NCBI GenBank assembly: GCA_050916045.1
Contig: CP051526.1
Location: 1,216,001-1,280,000, forward strand
DNA length: 64,000 nt
Reading direction: 5' to 3'
DNA from: Tepidisphaera sp.
GTDB lineage: Bacteria; Planctomycetota; Phycisphaerae; Phycisphaerales; UBA1924
The position numbers and the translations under genes were made by a program. A model generated the notes under the pieces. The model was given only the letters and a program-made list of their open reading frames with translations, made no database searches and was not told the DNA's origin. Below, piece after piece: positions 56,814 to 64,000 of the stretch (positions are counted from its first letter, which is position 1; each line of letters starts with the position of its first letter).

Positions 56814-56827
56814 GGGGCGAGTCTAGC

Positions 56828-56913
56828 GGAGGGGGGCGGGACGCGGGGACACGGGGAGAGGGGGACACGGGAGGGGGACACGGGGAGGGGGTGGGGGTGG
56901 GGGGGTGGGGGGG
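56828..56913 (+). repeat. G-run tract with three GGGGACACGGG units
   Basis: Directly visible; G-quadruplex-prone and immediately upstream of the tgt -10 box. Confidence 0.8.
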
Positions 56914-56917
56914 CAGA

Positions 56918-56962
56918 ACTTCAAATTTCAAACTTCAAATTTCAAACTTGAGATTTGAAATC
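56918..56962. repeat. Heptamer repeat (TTCAAAY)x4 with an inverted copy
   Basis: cttcaaatttcaaacttcaaatttcaaacttgagatttgaaatc. Confidence 0.85.
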
Positions 56963-57015
56963 CCGGTTCCCCCCCTCCGCCCCCGCCCAACGTCGCATAA
57001 CCCGTGCGGAGCGAC

Positions 57016-57183
57016 AAATCGTCTCGACGATTTTCCATTTCGGCCCGACGATTTTGCAAATCTGGTCGACCAATCGGCAAAACCCCCGGACGGAGCGTCG
57101 CGCGGCCCGGGCGATTTCCCATGTCGTCCCGACGATTTTGCGAATCGTCTCGACCATTTCCCAATTCGTCCCGCCAAACCCCC
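57016..57183. repeat. Degenerate 21-nt tandem repeat (about 8 units), several internally palindromic
   Basis: aaatcgtctcgacgattttcc / atttcggcccgacgattttgc / aaatctggtcgaccaatcggc / ... / atgtcgtcccgacgattttgc / gaatcgtctcgaccatttccc. Confidence 0.75.
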
Positions 57184-57230
57184 GCTCCGCCCGGCCTCGG
57201 CGTCGCGAGACCCGGCTCTGGACGCCGCCG

Positions 57231-57300
57231 CTGCCTCCACCTCTCTGCCTCCACCGCTCTGCCTCGACCTCTCTGCTTCGACCTCTCTGCTTCGACCTCT
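57231..57300 (+). repeat. 14-nt tandem repeat x5 (CTGCYTCSACCTCT)
   Basis: Five consecutive units starting at 57231, 57245, 57259, 57273 and 57287. Confidence 0.9.
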
Positions 57301-57384
57301 TGGCCCGCCGACTTCAACGGCGGCGGGCTCGTGGACTTCTTCGACTATGCCGACTTCGTGGCCGCCTTCGAGGCGGGGTGCTGA
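57301..57384 (+). pseudogene. Orphan GC-type dockerin-like C-terminal module
   Basis: Encodes WPADFNGGGLVDFFDYADFVAAFEAGC-stop, closely matching the tail of 9662..10684, with no credible passenger domain. Confidence 0.75.
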
Positions 57385-57399
57385 GGGAGGCGTGAGGCA

Positions 57400-58041
57400 T
57401 CAGGCTTGTGGTGTGAGCCAGTCCGCGGCATCCCAGAGGATCAGGGCGGAGAAGCGGTCGGGGCGGCCTTGGTGGACGATCGTGTTGTGGAGCATCGTCT
57501 CGGCGTAGAGGCGGGCGTCGGTGCTTGCCGGGTCGTTTGCGGGGTCGTTCGCTCTCGCGGCGCGTTCAAGGAAGACGTGGATCGCCCAGGGGTGGTTGGT
57601 GGCGTTGTCGGGCTGGATGTTGGCGAGCGTCCACTCGACGGCGGCATCAAACAGAGGACCCGAGCTCCGAACATCCGCGAGCGAGCTTTGCCGGAGTCGC
57701 CACGACCAGCCGTGCAGCCCGGCGAGTTCCTTTTCGGTTTCCTGCTCGAGAGCCCACGCTTGGGGCAAAGCGAAGAACGGCGGTTCGCGCCGGGGTGGCT
57801 CGGCGGTCAAGTCCGACCAGCTCCAAAGCCAGGGCTCGGTCGTCGTCGGGTTTGGCAAGCCGAGGATCCGGGCGAGCAGGAAGGCATCCCAGACGCGGCG
57901 GTGGCCGGCTTCATCGGCGAAGGTGTCGGCGAAAGATTGTTTCTCGGCGAGGGACGCTTGGCGGACGATGGGCGTGCCCGCGAGGACGGGCTCGGCGATG
58001 TGGCGGAGGCGGCGCGACCAGTCGGCGAGGTTGGTGGTCAT
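57400..58041 (-). CDS. Hypothetical protein
   Basis: ATGA overlap with the glycosyltransferase; conserved-looking NIQPDNATNHPWAIHVF and LYAETMLH. Confidence 0.7.
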   Translation of the reverse strand: MTTNLADWSRRLRHIAEPVLAGTPIVRQASLAEKQSFADTFADEAGHRRVWDAFLLARILGLPNPTTTEPWLWSWSDLTAEPPRREPPFFALPQAWALEQETEKELAGLHGWSWRLRQSSLADVRSSGPLFDAAVEWTLANIQPDNATNHPWAIHVFLERAARANDPANDPASTDARLYAETMLHNTIVHQGRPDRFSALILWDAADWLTPQA

Positions 58042-58925
58042 CGGGGCTTCCCGCCAAAGTGCTCGACGCGGCACTCCGGCTGTTCGAGCGGGCTTTCGAG
58101 GCCGCGAGCGGCGCGGACCGGTGTGCCCTTGAGGAATCGCGGGGCGCCGGCGTTGTCGGCCCATGCTCCCCCCACCCCCCCACCCCCCCCGGGGGCGCGG
58201 GTCGGATGCCACTGGTGGTAGACGATGGCGGACGCGACGCCGACGGCCGCGGGGTGGCCGGCTTGGTACAAGCGGCGGCCGAGGTCGTCGTCTTCCGCGC
58301 CCCAGCCGATGTACTCCTCATCAAAGCCGTTGACCTCGCGGTACGCGGCGAGGGTGCAGGAAAAGTTGGCGGAGAGGATCTTGGGCTTGTGCGGCTTGCC
58401 GAGGCCCAAGCGGCGAAGGATGAGGGCGCGGCGGTAGCGGCGGTCGCGGTCGCTCAGGGTGCGCCACTGGTCATCGGTGATGGAAGCGGGCGGATCGCCG
58501 CGGAGGACGGCTCGCTCGTCGAACGCTTCGGTCTGAGCTTGGTCGAGGTCGACGCGGAAGCCGACGACGACCTTTCCGCCGGAGCCGAGGGCTTCGTGGC
58601 GGTCGAGGCAGGCTGGAGCGGGGGCGCAGTCGCCATCAAAGAAGACCAGACGGGTTTCCGGCGGCAGATCGGCGGGGAGCGTTCGCACGGCGTTGTTGCG
58701 GACCTGCGGCGAGCGGCTTTGCCCGGTGTGGGCGCGGCGGACGAGGGTGATCGCGAGGTTGAACTCGGCGGAAGCACCTTGGACGCACGCGGCGAGGTCG
58801 TCGCCATCACCATCGCAGGAGACGACGATGGCGTCGGGCTTCCGGAGCGATGCGGAAGCGGCGAGCAGCGACCGCCGCAGGTGGCGGGTGGTGTGGGTGA
58901 TGAAGATGACCGCGAGGGGGGACAA
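58038..58925 (-). CDS. Glycosyltransferase family 2
   Basis: VVSCDG, RNNAV, FFDGDC (DxD), SANFS, VNGFDEEYIGWGAEDDDLGRRL, YHQWH. Confidence 0.9.
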   Translation of the reverse strand: MSPLAVIFITHTTRHLRRSLLAASASLRKPDAIVVSCDGDGDDLAACVQGASAEFNLAITLVRRAHTGQSRSPQVRNNAVRTLPADLPPETRLVFFDGDCAPAPACLDRHEALGSGGKVVVGFRVDLDQAQTEAFDERAVLRGDPPASITDDQWRTLSDRDRRYRRALILRRLGLGKPHKPKILSANFSCTLAAYREVNGFDEEYIGWGAEDDDLGRRLYQAGHPAAVGVASAIVYHQWHPTRAPGGGGGVGGAWADNAGAPRFLKGTPVRAARGLESPLEQPECRVEHFGGKPR

Positions 58926-58961
58926 GCGGTGAGTTTATGGAGGGGAACGGGCGCGGGTTGC

Positions 58962-60245
58962 TCACGCGTTTGAAACCTCGCGCAGGCGTGCTTGGAGCAG
59001 TTCGCGCTCGGGGGTTGAGCAGGGGAGGTCCAGGGCGCGGCGGAAGCAGACGGCGGCTTCGGCGTTTCGGCCGGCGCGGCGGAGGATCTCGCCGCGGGTG
59101 GCTTCGATGAGGTGGTAGCGGAGCGAGAGGCCCGAGACGGGGATGGCGTCGATCGCGTCGAGGCCGGCGTGGGGGCCGTGGAGCATGGCTTTCGCGGCGG
59201 CGGCGTTGAGGAGGACGATGGGTGAGGGCTTGAGGCGGGCGAGGAGGTCGTACAACCGGACGATCTGCGTCCAGTCGGTGTCGGCGAAGGTCGCCGCGGC
59301 CGCGTGGCAGCTCGCGATGCCGGCTTCGAGGCCGTACGGGGTGAGGCGGTCGCCGAGGGTGGAGCGGGCGAGGTGCCAGAAGCCTTCGCCGATGGCGAGC
59401 TTGTCCCAGCGATCGCGGTCCTGGTCCTCCATGAGCACGATGCCGCCGGTGGCGCTGGTGCGCGTGCCGAGCCGTGACCAGAGGAAGCTCGCGAGGGCGG
59501 CGAGAGCGTGGACATCGCAGCGGAGGTCCGCGGGAACGATCGTGCTTGCGAGGAGCTGTTGGAGCAGGCGGCGTGATTCTTCGAGCAGCTCACGGCGGGT
59601 GAACTGGTCGCCGTCGTGGCCCGAGTACCCCTCGTTGATGAGGAGATAGAGCGTGCCCAAGACGGTCGAGAGGCGGGCGGGGACTTCCTCTTCGCGGAGG
59701 TCGAACGAAGCTCCCGAGTCACGGAGGGTTCGCTTGGCGCGGGTGAGGCGCTGTTCGGCGGCGGCGGGGGAGAGGATGAACGCCCGGGCGATCTCTTCCG
59801 TGCCGAAGCCCGCACCGAGCGCGAGGGTGAGGATGACCTGATCGCGTGAGTCCAGCAGCGGGTGGGCGCAGAGGAGCATGAGGCGGATCGGGTCGTCGGG
59901 GCTTGGGCTTGCGGCTTCGCGCGAGTCGGCCCATGCGGCGAGGTCGCGTTGTGCGGCGTCGTGGCGGCGGTCGCGGCGTGCGAGGTCGAGTGCTTTGCGC
60001 TTGGCGACCAATGTGAGCCACGCGGCGGGGTTGCCCGGGATGCCCGAGAAGCGCCAGTGGTGGAGAGCGGCGAGAAGCGTGTCGCTGACGATGTCGTCGG
60101 CGAGGTCGAGGTTCCTGGGGCTGAGGCGTTTGACGAGGGCGGCGCGGAGGCGTGCGGATTCCTCCCGGAAAAGGCGGTCGGCGAGGGTGCCGACCGCCCT
60201 TTGCTCGGCGTGGGTCGGTTCGGGTTGGCCCGGCTCGTCGGTCAC
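58962..60245 (-). CDS. ECF sigma factor with long C-terminal extension (ECF42/DUF6596-like, TPR)
   Basis: PGNPAAWL..AKRKALD, RLMLLCAHP, EIARAF..EQRLTRAK, LYLLINEGY, DQDRDRWD, TDWTQIVRLYD; GTGA overlap with the YciI gene. Confidence 0.9.
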   Translation of the reverse strand: MTDEPGQPEPTHAEQRAVGTLADRLFREESARLRAALVKRLSPRNLDLADDIVSDTLLAALHHWRFSGIPGNPAAWLTLVAKRKALDLARRDRRHDAAQRDLAAWADSREAASPSPDDPIRLMLLCAHPLLDSRDQVILTLALGAGFGTEEIARAFILSPAAAEQRLTRAKRTLRDSGASFDLREEEVPARLSTVLGTLYLLINEGYSGHDGDQFTRRELLEESRRLLQQLLASTIVPADLRCDVHALAALASFLWSRLGTRTSATGGIVLMEDQDRDRWDKLAIGEGFWHLARSTLGDRLTPYGLEAGIASCHAAAATFADTDWTQIVRLYDLLARLKPSPIVLLNAAAAKAMLHGPHAGLDAIDAIPVSGLSLRYHLIEATRGEILRRAGRNAEAAVCFRRALDLPCSTPERELLQARLREVSNA

Positions 60246-60595
60246 TGCATCTCGTCGATGCGGCGGACGTGGGTCGCGCAGCCGTACTTGGCGTGCGGGG
60301 AGGAACGGGCGATCGCGACGGCTTCGTCGTAGGAGGCGGCGTTGATGATGAAGTATCCGCCGAGGACCTCCTTGGTTTCGGCGTAGGGACCGTCGGTCAG
60401 GACGGCTTTGGCACCTTTGCCGGTGAGGATCTTTCCGCCCTCCTCCGCGAGCTTCTGGCCGCCGACGAGCTTGCCTTCCTTGCCCATCTGCCCGGCCCAA
60501 CGGCCGTATTCCTGGATGAGCTCCTGCATCTGCTGCGGGGTCATCTGGGCGTAATCGGCGGGGTTGTCAAAGAGCATCAGCATGAACTTGGCCAT
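60242..60595 (-). CDS. YciI/DGPF domain protein
   Basis: TDGPYAETKEVLGGYFII..DEAVAIA; GGAG RBS. Confidence 0.92.
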   Translation of the reverse strand: MAKFMLMLFDNPADYAQMTPQQMQELIQEYGRWAGQMGKEGKLVGGQKLAEEGGKILTGKGAKAVLTDGPYAETKEVLGGYFIINAASYDEAVAIARSSPHAKYGCATHVRRIDEMQ

Positions 60596-60655
60596 GGTCG
60601 GTTCTCCGCACCAGCAGGGTTGAGGATGGGCGGTGGTGCTTCGCCACAGCATAAC

Positions 60656-60681
60656 GACGCGTGGGCTGGCGACCTCCGACA
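60656..60681 (-). promoter_or_regulatory. ECF42-type promoter candidate TGTCGG-N16-CGTC
   Basis: Resembles the TGTCGA / CGTC motif described for ECF42 sigmas and lies directly upstream of the YciI-ECF operon. Confidence 0.6.
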
Positions 60682-60764
60682 GAAATCCGGTGGAATCCGA
60701 TGATTTTCTTTGGCCATGGGTGCGGCGGATGTTCGGAACGGGTTGGCGGCGCAACAATCGTGCT

Positions 60765-61598
60765 ATGAACGTGCTGAAGACGATCGCGGAGCTGGATGCG
60801 TGGCGGGGAGAGGTCGGAGCGTGCGTGCTCGTGCCGACGATGGGGGCGCTGCACGAGGGGCACGCTTCGCTGGTGAAGCTCGCAGCGCAGAGCGGCTTGC
60901 CCGTTGTCGTGAGCGTGTTCGTGAATCCGACGCAGTTCACGGAAGCAACGGACTACGACCGGTATCCGAAGACGCTCGACGCGGATGTGGCGATTTCGCA
61001 AGCGGCGGGGGGGCATGCGGTTTGGGCACCCGGGGTTGAGGATGTGTACCCGAACGGGCGGGATGCGGGCGTGCCGGAGTTGCCCCGCGTCGCGACGGCG
61101 CCGGGGCTTGAGGATGCGTTCCGGCCGGGGCACTTTGCCGGGGTGTGCCAGGTGGTGCTTCGGCTGTTCCGGGCGGTCAAGCCGGTCGCGGCGGTGTTCG
61201 GAGAGAAGGACTGGCAGCAGCTCGCGGTGATTCGCGCGATGACGGCGATGCAGAACGGCGGGGGCGGGTTGCCGGTGGAAATCGTGCCGTGTGCGACGAT
61301 GCGGGACCCGGACGGCATGGCGATGTCGAGCCGGAATCGGTTCCTGACGGCGGAGGATCGCAGGCGCGGGCTTGCGATCAGCCGGGCGCTTCGGGCGGCG
61401 ATGGCGGAGGCGGACGCCGCGAAAGCCGAGAGCGTGATGAAGCATGTGCTTGGGGAAGAGGGGATTGTGCCCGAGTACGCGGTGGTGCGGGATGCGGAGA
61501 CGCTCGAAACGCCGCGGGCGGGAAGGCCGGTGCGGCGCCTGATCGCGGCGCGGGTGGGCACGGGGCCGGGTGCGGTGCGGCTGATCGACAACATGTGA
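60765..61598 (+). CDS. panC: Pantoate--beta-alanine ligase
   Basis: VPTMGALHEGH, SVFVNPTQF, RPGHFAGV, FGEKDWQQ, GMAMSSRN, RLIDN. Confidence 0.96.
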   Translation: MNVLKTIAELDAWRGEVGACVLVPTMGALHEGHASLVKLAAQSGLPVVVSVFVNPTQFTEATDYDRYPKTLDADVAISQAAGGHAVWAPGVEDVYPNGRDAGVPELPRVATAPGLEDAFRPGHFAGVCQVVLRLFRAVKPVAAVFGEKDWQQLAVIRAMTAMQNGGGGLPVEIVPCATMRDPDGMAMSSRNRFLTAEDRRRGLAISRALRAAMAEADAAKAESVMKHVLGEEGIVPEYAVVRDAETLETPRAGRPVRRLIAARVGTGPGAVRLIDNM

Positions 61599-61621
61599 AC
61601 GGGCAACTCCTACGCTTGGGC

Positions 61622-62179
61622 ATGAATGAGGATGGCACGGGGCGAGGAGATCCGAGCGTGAATGCACCCGACTCCCGAGCGCCCGGAGGTCGGCAGGAAG
61701 CTCGGCAGGAATGGTTCTCGCCGGTGGATCCTCGGCCGGGGATGGGCGAGGCCCCGGGCCTTCGGTTTTCGTGCACGATGTGCGGGAACTGCTGCACGGG
61801 GCCGGAGGGGTATGTGATCGTGAGCGACGAGGAGTGCGCAAAGCTCGCGGCGCGGTTCGCGATGCCGCTTGAGGACTTTCTCCGCGACCACACGCACATG
61901 ATGATGCACGGGCGGTCGCTGAACGAGCGGGCGGTGGTGATCGACGGGGTGACCAAGCACGATTGCATCTACCTGGATCGGGAGAAGTTCCCTGGCAAAG
62001 CCGTCTGCGGCGTGTACGAGGACAGGCCCAAGCAGTGCCGCACGTGGCCGTTCTGGCCGAGCATCCTGCGCGAGAAGGTGACGTGGGAACGAGCCAAGCG
62101 GACCTGTCCCGGGATCGACAAGGGAAACCTTGTGCCCGTCGAGCAGATCCGCATTCTGAGGGATTCGTGCTCGATCTGA
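61622..62179 (+). CDS. YkgJ family cysteine-cluster protein
   Basis: FSCTMCGNCC, DCIYL, CGVYEDRPKQCRTWPFW, CPGI; TACGCT-N5-ATG start. Confidence 0.9.
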   Translation: MNEDGTGRGDPSVNAPDSRAPGGRQEARQEWFSPVDPRPGMGEAPGLRFSCTMCGNCCTGPEGYVIVSDEECAKLAARFAMPLEDFLRDHTHMMMHGRSLNERAVVIDGVTKHDCIYLDREKFPGKAVCGVYEDRPKQCRTWPFWPSILREKVTWERAKRTCPGIDKGNLVPVEQIRILRDSCSI

Positions 62180-62201
62180 GCGGAGGAGCGGCGGCCGGAC
62201 C

Positions 62202-63503
62202 ATGGACCTGCTGATCCTGTTTGTCGGAGTGCCGGTGGGTCTTTCCGCGCTGATGGCGTGCTCGCTGTGGCTTGGATTTCGGTGGGATCGTGCTCGCGGG
62301 CGCTGGCGGTGCCCCAGGTGCTGGTACGACCGGCACGACGCGGTGGCGGAGGGCGGCGAGATCGGCGCGTGCCCGGAATGCGGTCACAAGCCGCGCCGGC
62401 CGGGCGACCTGCAGCGAACGCGGCGAAGCCGGCCGCTGATCCTGCTGGGCTTCTCGCTGATCCCCGTGATCGTTTGGTGGGTGGGTGCCCTCGGGGGCGG
62501 CCGGGGCCTGCTCTGGCCGATTCCGAACTTCGTTCTTGTGCGCCTGCAGGTCTTTACCGATGGCGCTGTGCGCTCGTCGTGGGTCGATCAACTGGTCCGC
62601 ACCGAGGTGGGCACGCGGCGGAACTCCGGCCGCTGGCCCGCGGAGACCGAAGCCAAGCTCGCCCAGAGCATGGCTCGCACGCCGCTGGTCCAGGAACTGA
62701 ACGTGCCGAAGCGATGGCCTGCGGGCACGCCGGTTCCGATCCTGATCGACGGGGACGGCATGCTCGGGCCGTATGTGCCGTCGCGGGTTGAGATCACGGT
62801 GGAGTCCGGCGGTGAGAGCTTCGGGCCGTTCGCGTCGCGAGATGTGGATGTGAGGCGGGTGTTTGCGAGCGCGGGAGCGGCGCGGCCGATCTGGGTCTTC
62901 TTCGCGCCGCCAACCCAGAATGGCGAGGTGGTGGTGGACGTGCGCGCGCGGTGGCGAGCGGGTCCGCAGGACGGGGATCCGTTCGTCCCGGGCGGCGTCG
63001 ATGAGACCGCGAGATTTCCCGTCGAGCCCGTCCCGGATCTGGAGACCGTGCTCGACCGCGCGCCCGAGGCGGTGACGGAGACCCTTCGCAACGGATGGTC
63101 GGTTGGTCTGGTTCGCGGCGGGATCAACGTGCGGTATCCGGAAGATGAGTCGCTCAAGGGCGTGTCGCTTGGGATGTCGCTCGAGCTTTGGTGCGGGAGC
63201 GTGCGGGTCGCGAGCGGGGAGATGTGGCTTCCGAACTTTCCGAGGGAAGCGACGACGACGGGGCAGTTCTGTGCGCTCGAGGGGCACGGCGCGACGCTGA
63301 CGACGGAGCAGATCGACCAAGGCCCGTGGGTGTGGCGGGTGCGGAGCAGCCCCATGTGGGGCGCAATCGGCGGGCAGCTTGAGTGCACGAGCGCGTGGGC
63401 GGGCGAGTTTGAGTCGCGAGCGAGCAAGCCGAGCGCTCGCTGGCTTCGGTCGATCCTGCCCGAGGAGGCACGGGCTTGGGGCGCGGACGGGGTTCCGCGC
63501 TGA
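62202..63503 (+). CDS. Membrane protein with CxxC...CPECG zinc ribbon
   Basis: TM - RCPRCWYD..CPECG - TM; GGAGG RBS. Confidence 0.7.
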   Translation: MDLLILFVGVPVGLSALMACSLWLGFRWDRARGRWRCPRCWYDRHDAVAEGGEIGACPECGHKPRRPGDLQRTRRSRPLILLGFSLIPVIVWWVGALGGGRGLLWPIPNFVLVRLQVFTDGAVRSSWVDQLVRTEVGTRRNSGRWPAETEAKLAQSMARTPLVQELNVPKRWPAGTPVPILIDGDGMLGPYVPSRVEITVESGGESFGPFASRDVDVRRVFASAGAARPIWVFFAPPTQNGEVVVDVRARWRAGPQDGDPFVPGGVDETARFPVEPVPDLETVLDRAPEAVTETLRNGWSVGLVRGGINVRYPEDESLKGVSLGMSLELWCGSVRVASGEMWLPNFPREATTTGQFCALEGHGATLTTEQIDQGPWVWRVRSSPMWGAIGGQLECTSAWAGEFESRASKPSARWLRSILPEEARAWGADGVPR

Positions 63504-63504
63504 A

Positions 63505-64000
63505 TCAATCTCGCTTGGTGCGCTGCTTGGCATCCCGGAGGCGGTCCATCGTGCTTTCCTGAGAGGTCTCCGGAGTGTCGCGGCGCGGAGGAGCGGCATG
63601 AGCCGGCGCGGGAGCCTGTTTGGTTGCGGGGGCGATGGGGGGCGGAGCCGGCGACTCTGAAGCGAGGGTCTCGGCCGTGTCCTGCAGGAAAACTCCGGCT
63701 TCGCCGGCCCGGGCCGGCTGTGAGCGTCGGGAGAGTTCGTCCGAGACGCGGGCCTTGGCCAAGGAGAGCCCGGCCAGCGAGACCGGGGCGGCGGCAAAGC
63801 TTGGAGCGAGGAGGCTCATCACTCGGGCGAGGGCGCGTTCGGGGTCGATCGTCAGCCGGCGGGCGGCGACGTCGATGAGAAAGAGCGTGAGGGCGGCGAT
63901 CGCGAAGTAGAGCCAGACGGAGCGCGAGGATGTGGGCATGGTGAGATGCTCTCGGCTCCACAGTTCGGCGCCGGCGGGCGAGAGCTTGTGGAGCCTTCCA
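63505..64000 (-). CDS. C-terminal end of a membrane protein (partial, runs off the window); possibly vWA-associated family
   Basis: Frame open to the window edge (GRLHKL..LWSRE..); TM ending LFLIDVAARR. Confidence 0.6.
   Translation of the reverse strand, partial: GRLHKLSPAGAELWSREHLTMPTSSRSVWLYFAIAALTLFLIDVAARRLTIDPERALARVMSLLAPSFAAAPVSLAGLSLAKARVSDELSRRSQPARAGEAGVFLQDTAETLASESPAPPPIAPATKQAPAPAHAAPPRRDTPETSQESTMDRLRDAKQRTKRD

Noticed and set aside
57016..57300. Possible CRISPR array
   Set aside because: Repeats are tandem and degenerate without unique spacers, and there are no cas genes in the window.
57004..57384. 126-aa ORF as a real dockerin-anchored protein
   Set aside because: The N-terminal 99 residues are translated repeats with no signal peptide; only the last 27 residues look protein-like.
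60567..63797. 1076-aa minus-strand ORF
   Set aside because: Arg/Pro-rich shadow over panC, the ykgJ-family gene and the zinc-ribbon gene.

Overview
High-GC bacterial chromosomal window, most likely from a Phycisphaerales planctomycete. That assignment is an inference from a GC-type dockerin C-terminus, an H-X9-DG prepilin, a prenyltransferase-repeat protein and the general gene repertoire. Contents in order: tdh; a nine-gene type II secretion-like operon (GspF, four pseudopilins, GspC/L/M-like proteins and a TPR lipoprotein, with no ATPase or secretin in the window); a divergent pair of a dockerin-tailed secreted protein and an H-X9-DG prepilin sharing a Fur-box-like palindrome; mfd, rsmE, yggS, xylB and galK; a low-GC islet with a frameshifted TIR-like gene; a flagellar export cluster (fliLNOPQR-flhBA-fliA, lacking fliM and flhF/flhG); folK; ileS; hldD; tgt-yajC-secDF; an ECF sigma/YciI pair; and panC. 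The most notable signals are (1) an Ile-rich 14-codon leader peptide with alternative RNA structures upstream of ileS, (2) a repeat mosaic ending in an orphan dockerin coding module, (3) at least 12 starts with a leaderless TANNNT-N5-7-start codon architecture, (4) the split TIR-like islet and (5) loss of structural zinc ligands in Tdh and IleRS. All calls come from reading motifs by eye; no database searches were run. No rRNA, tRNA, CRISPR array or transposase was recognised.
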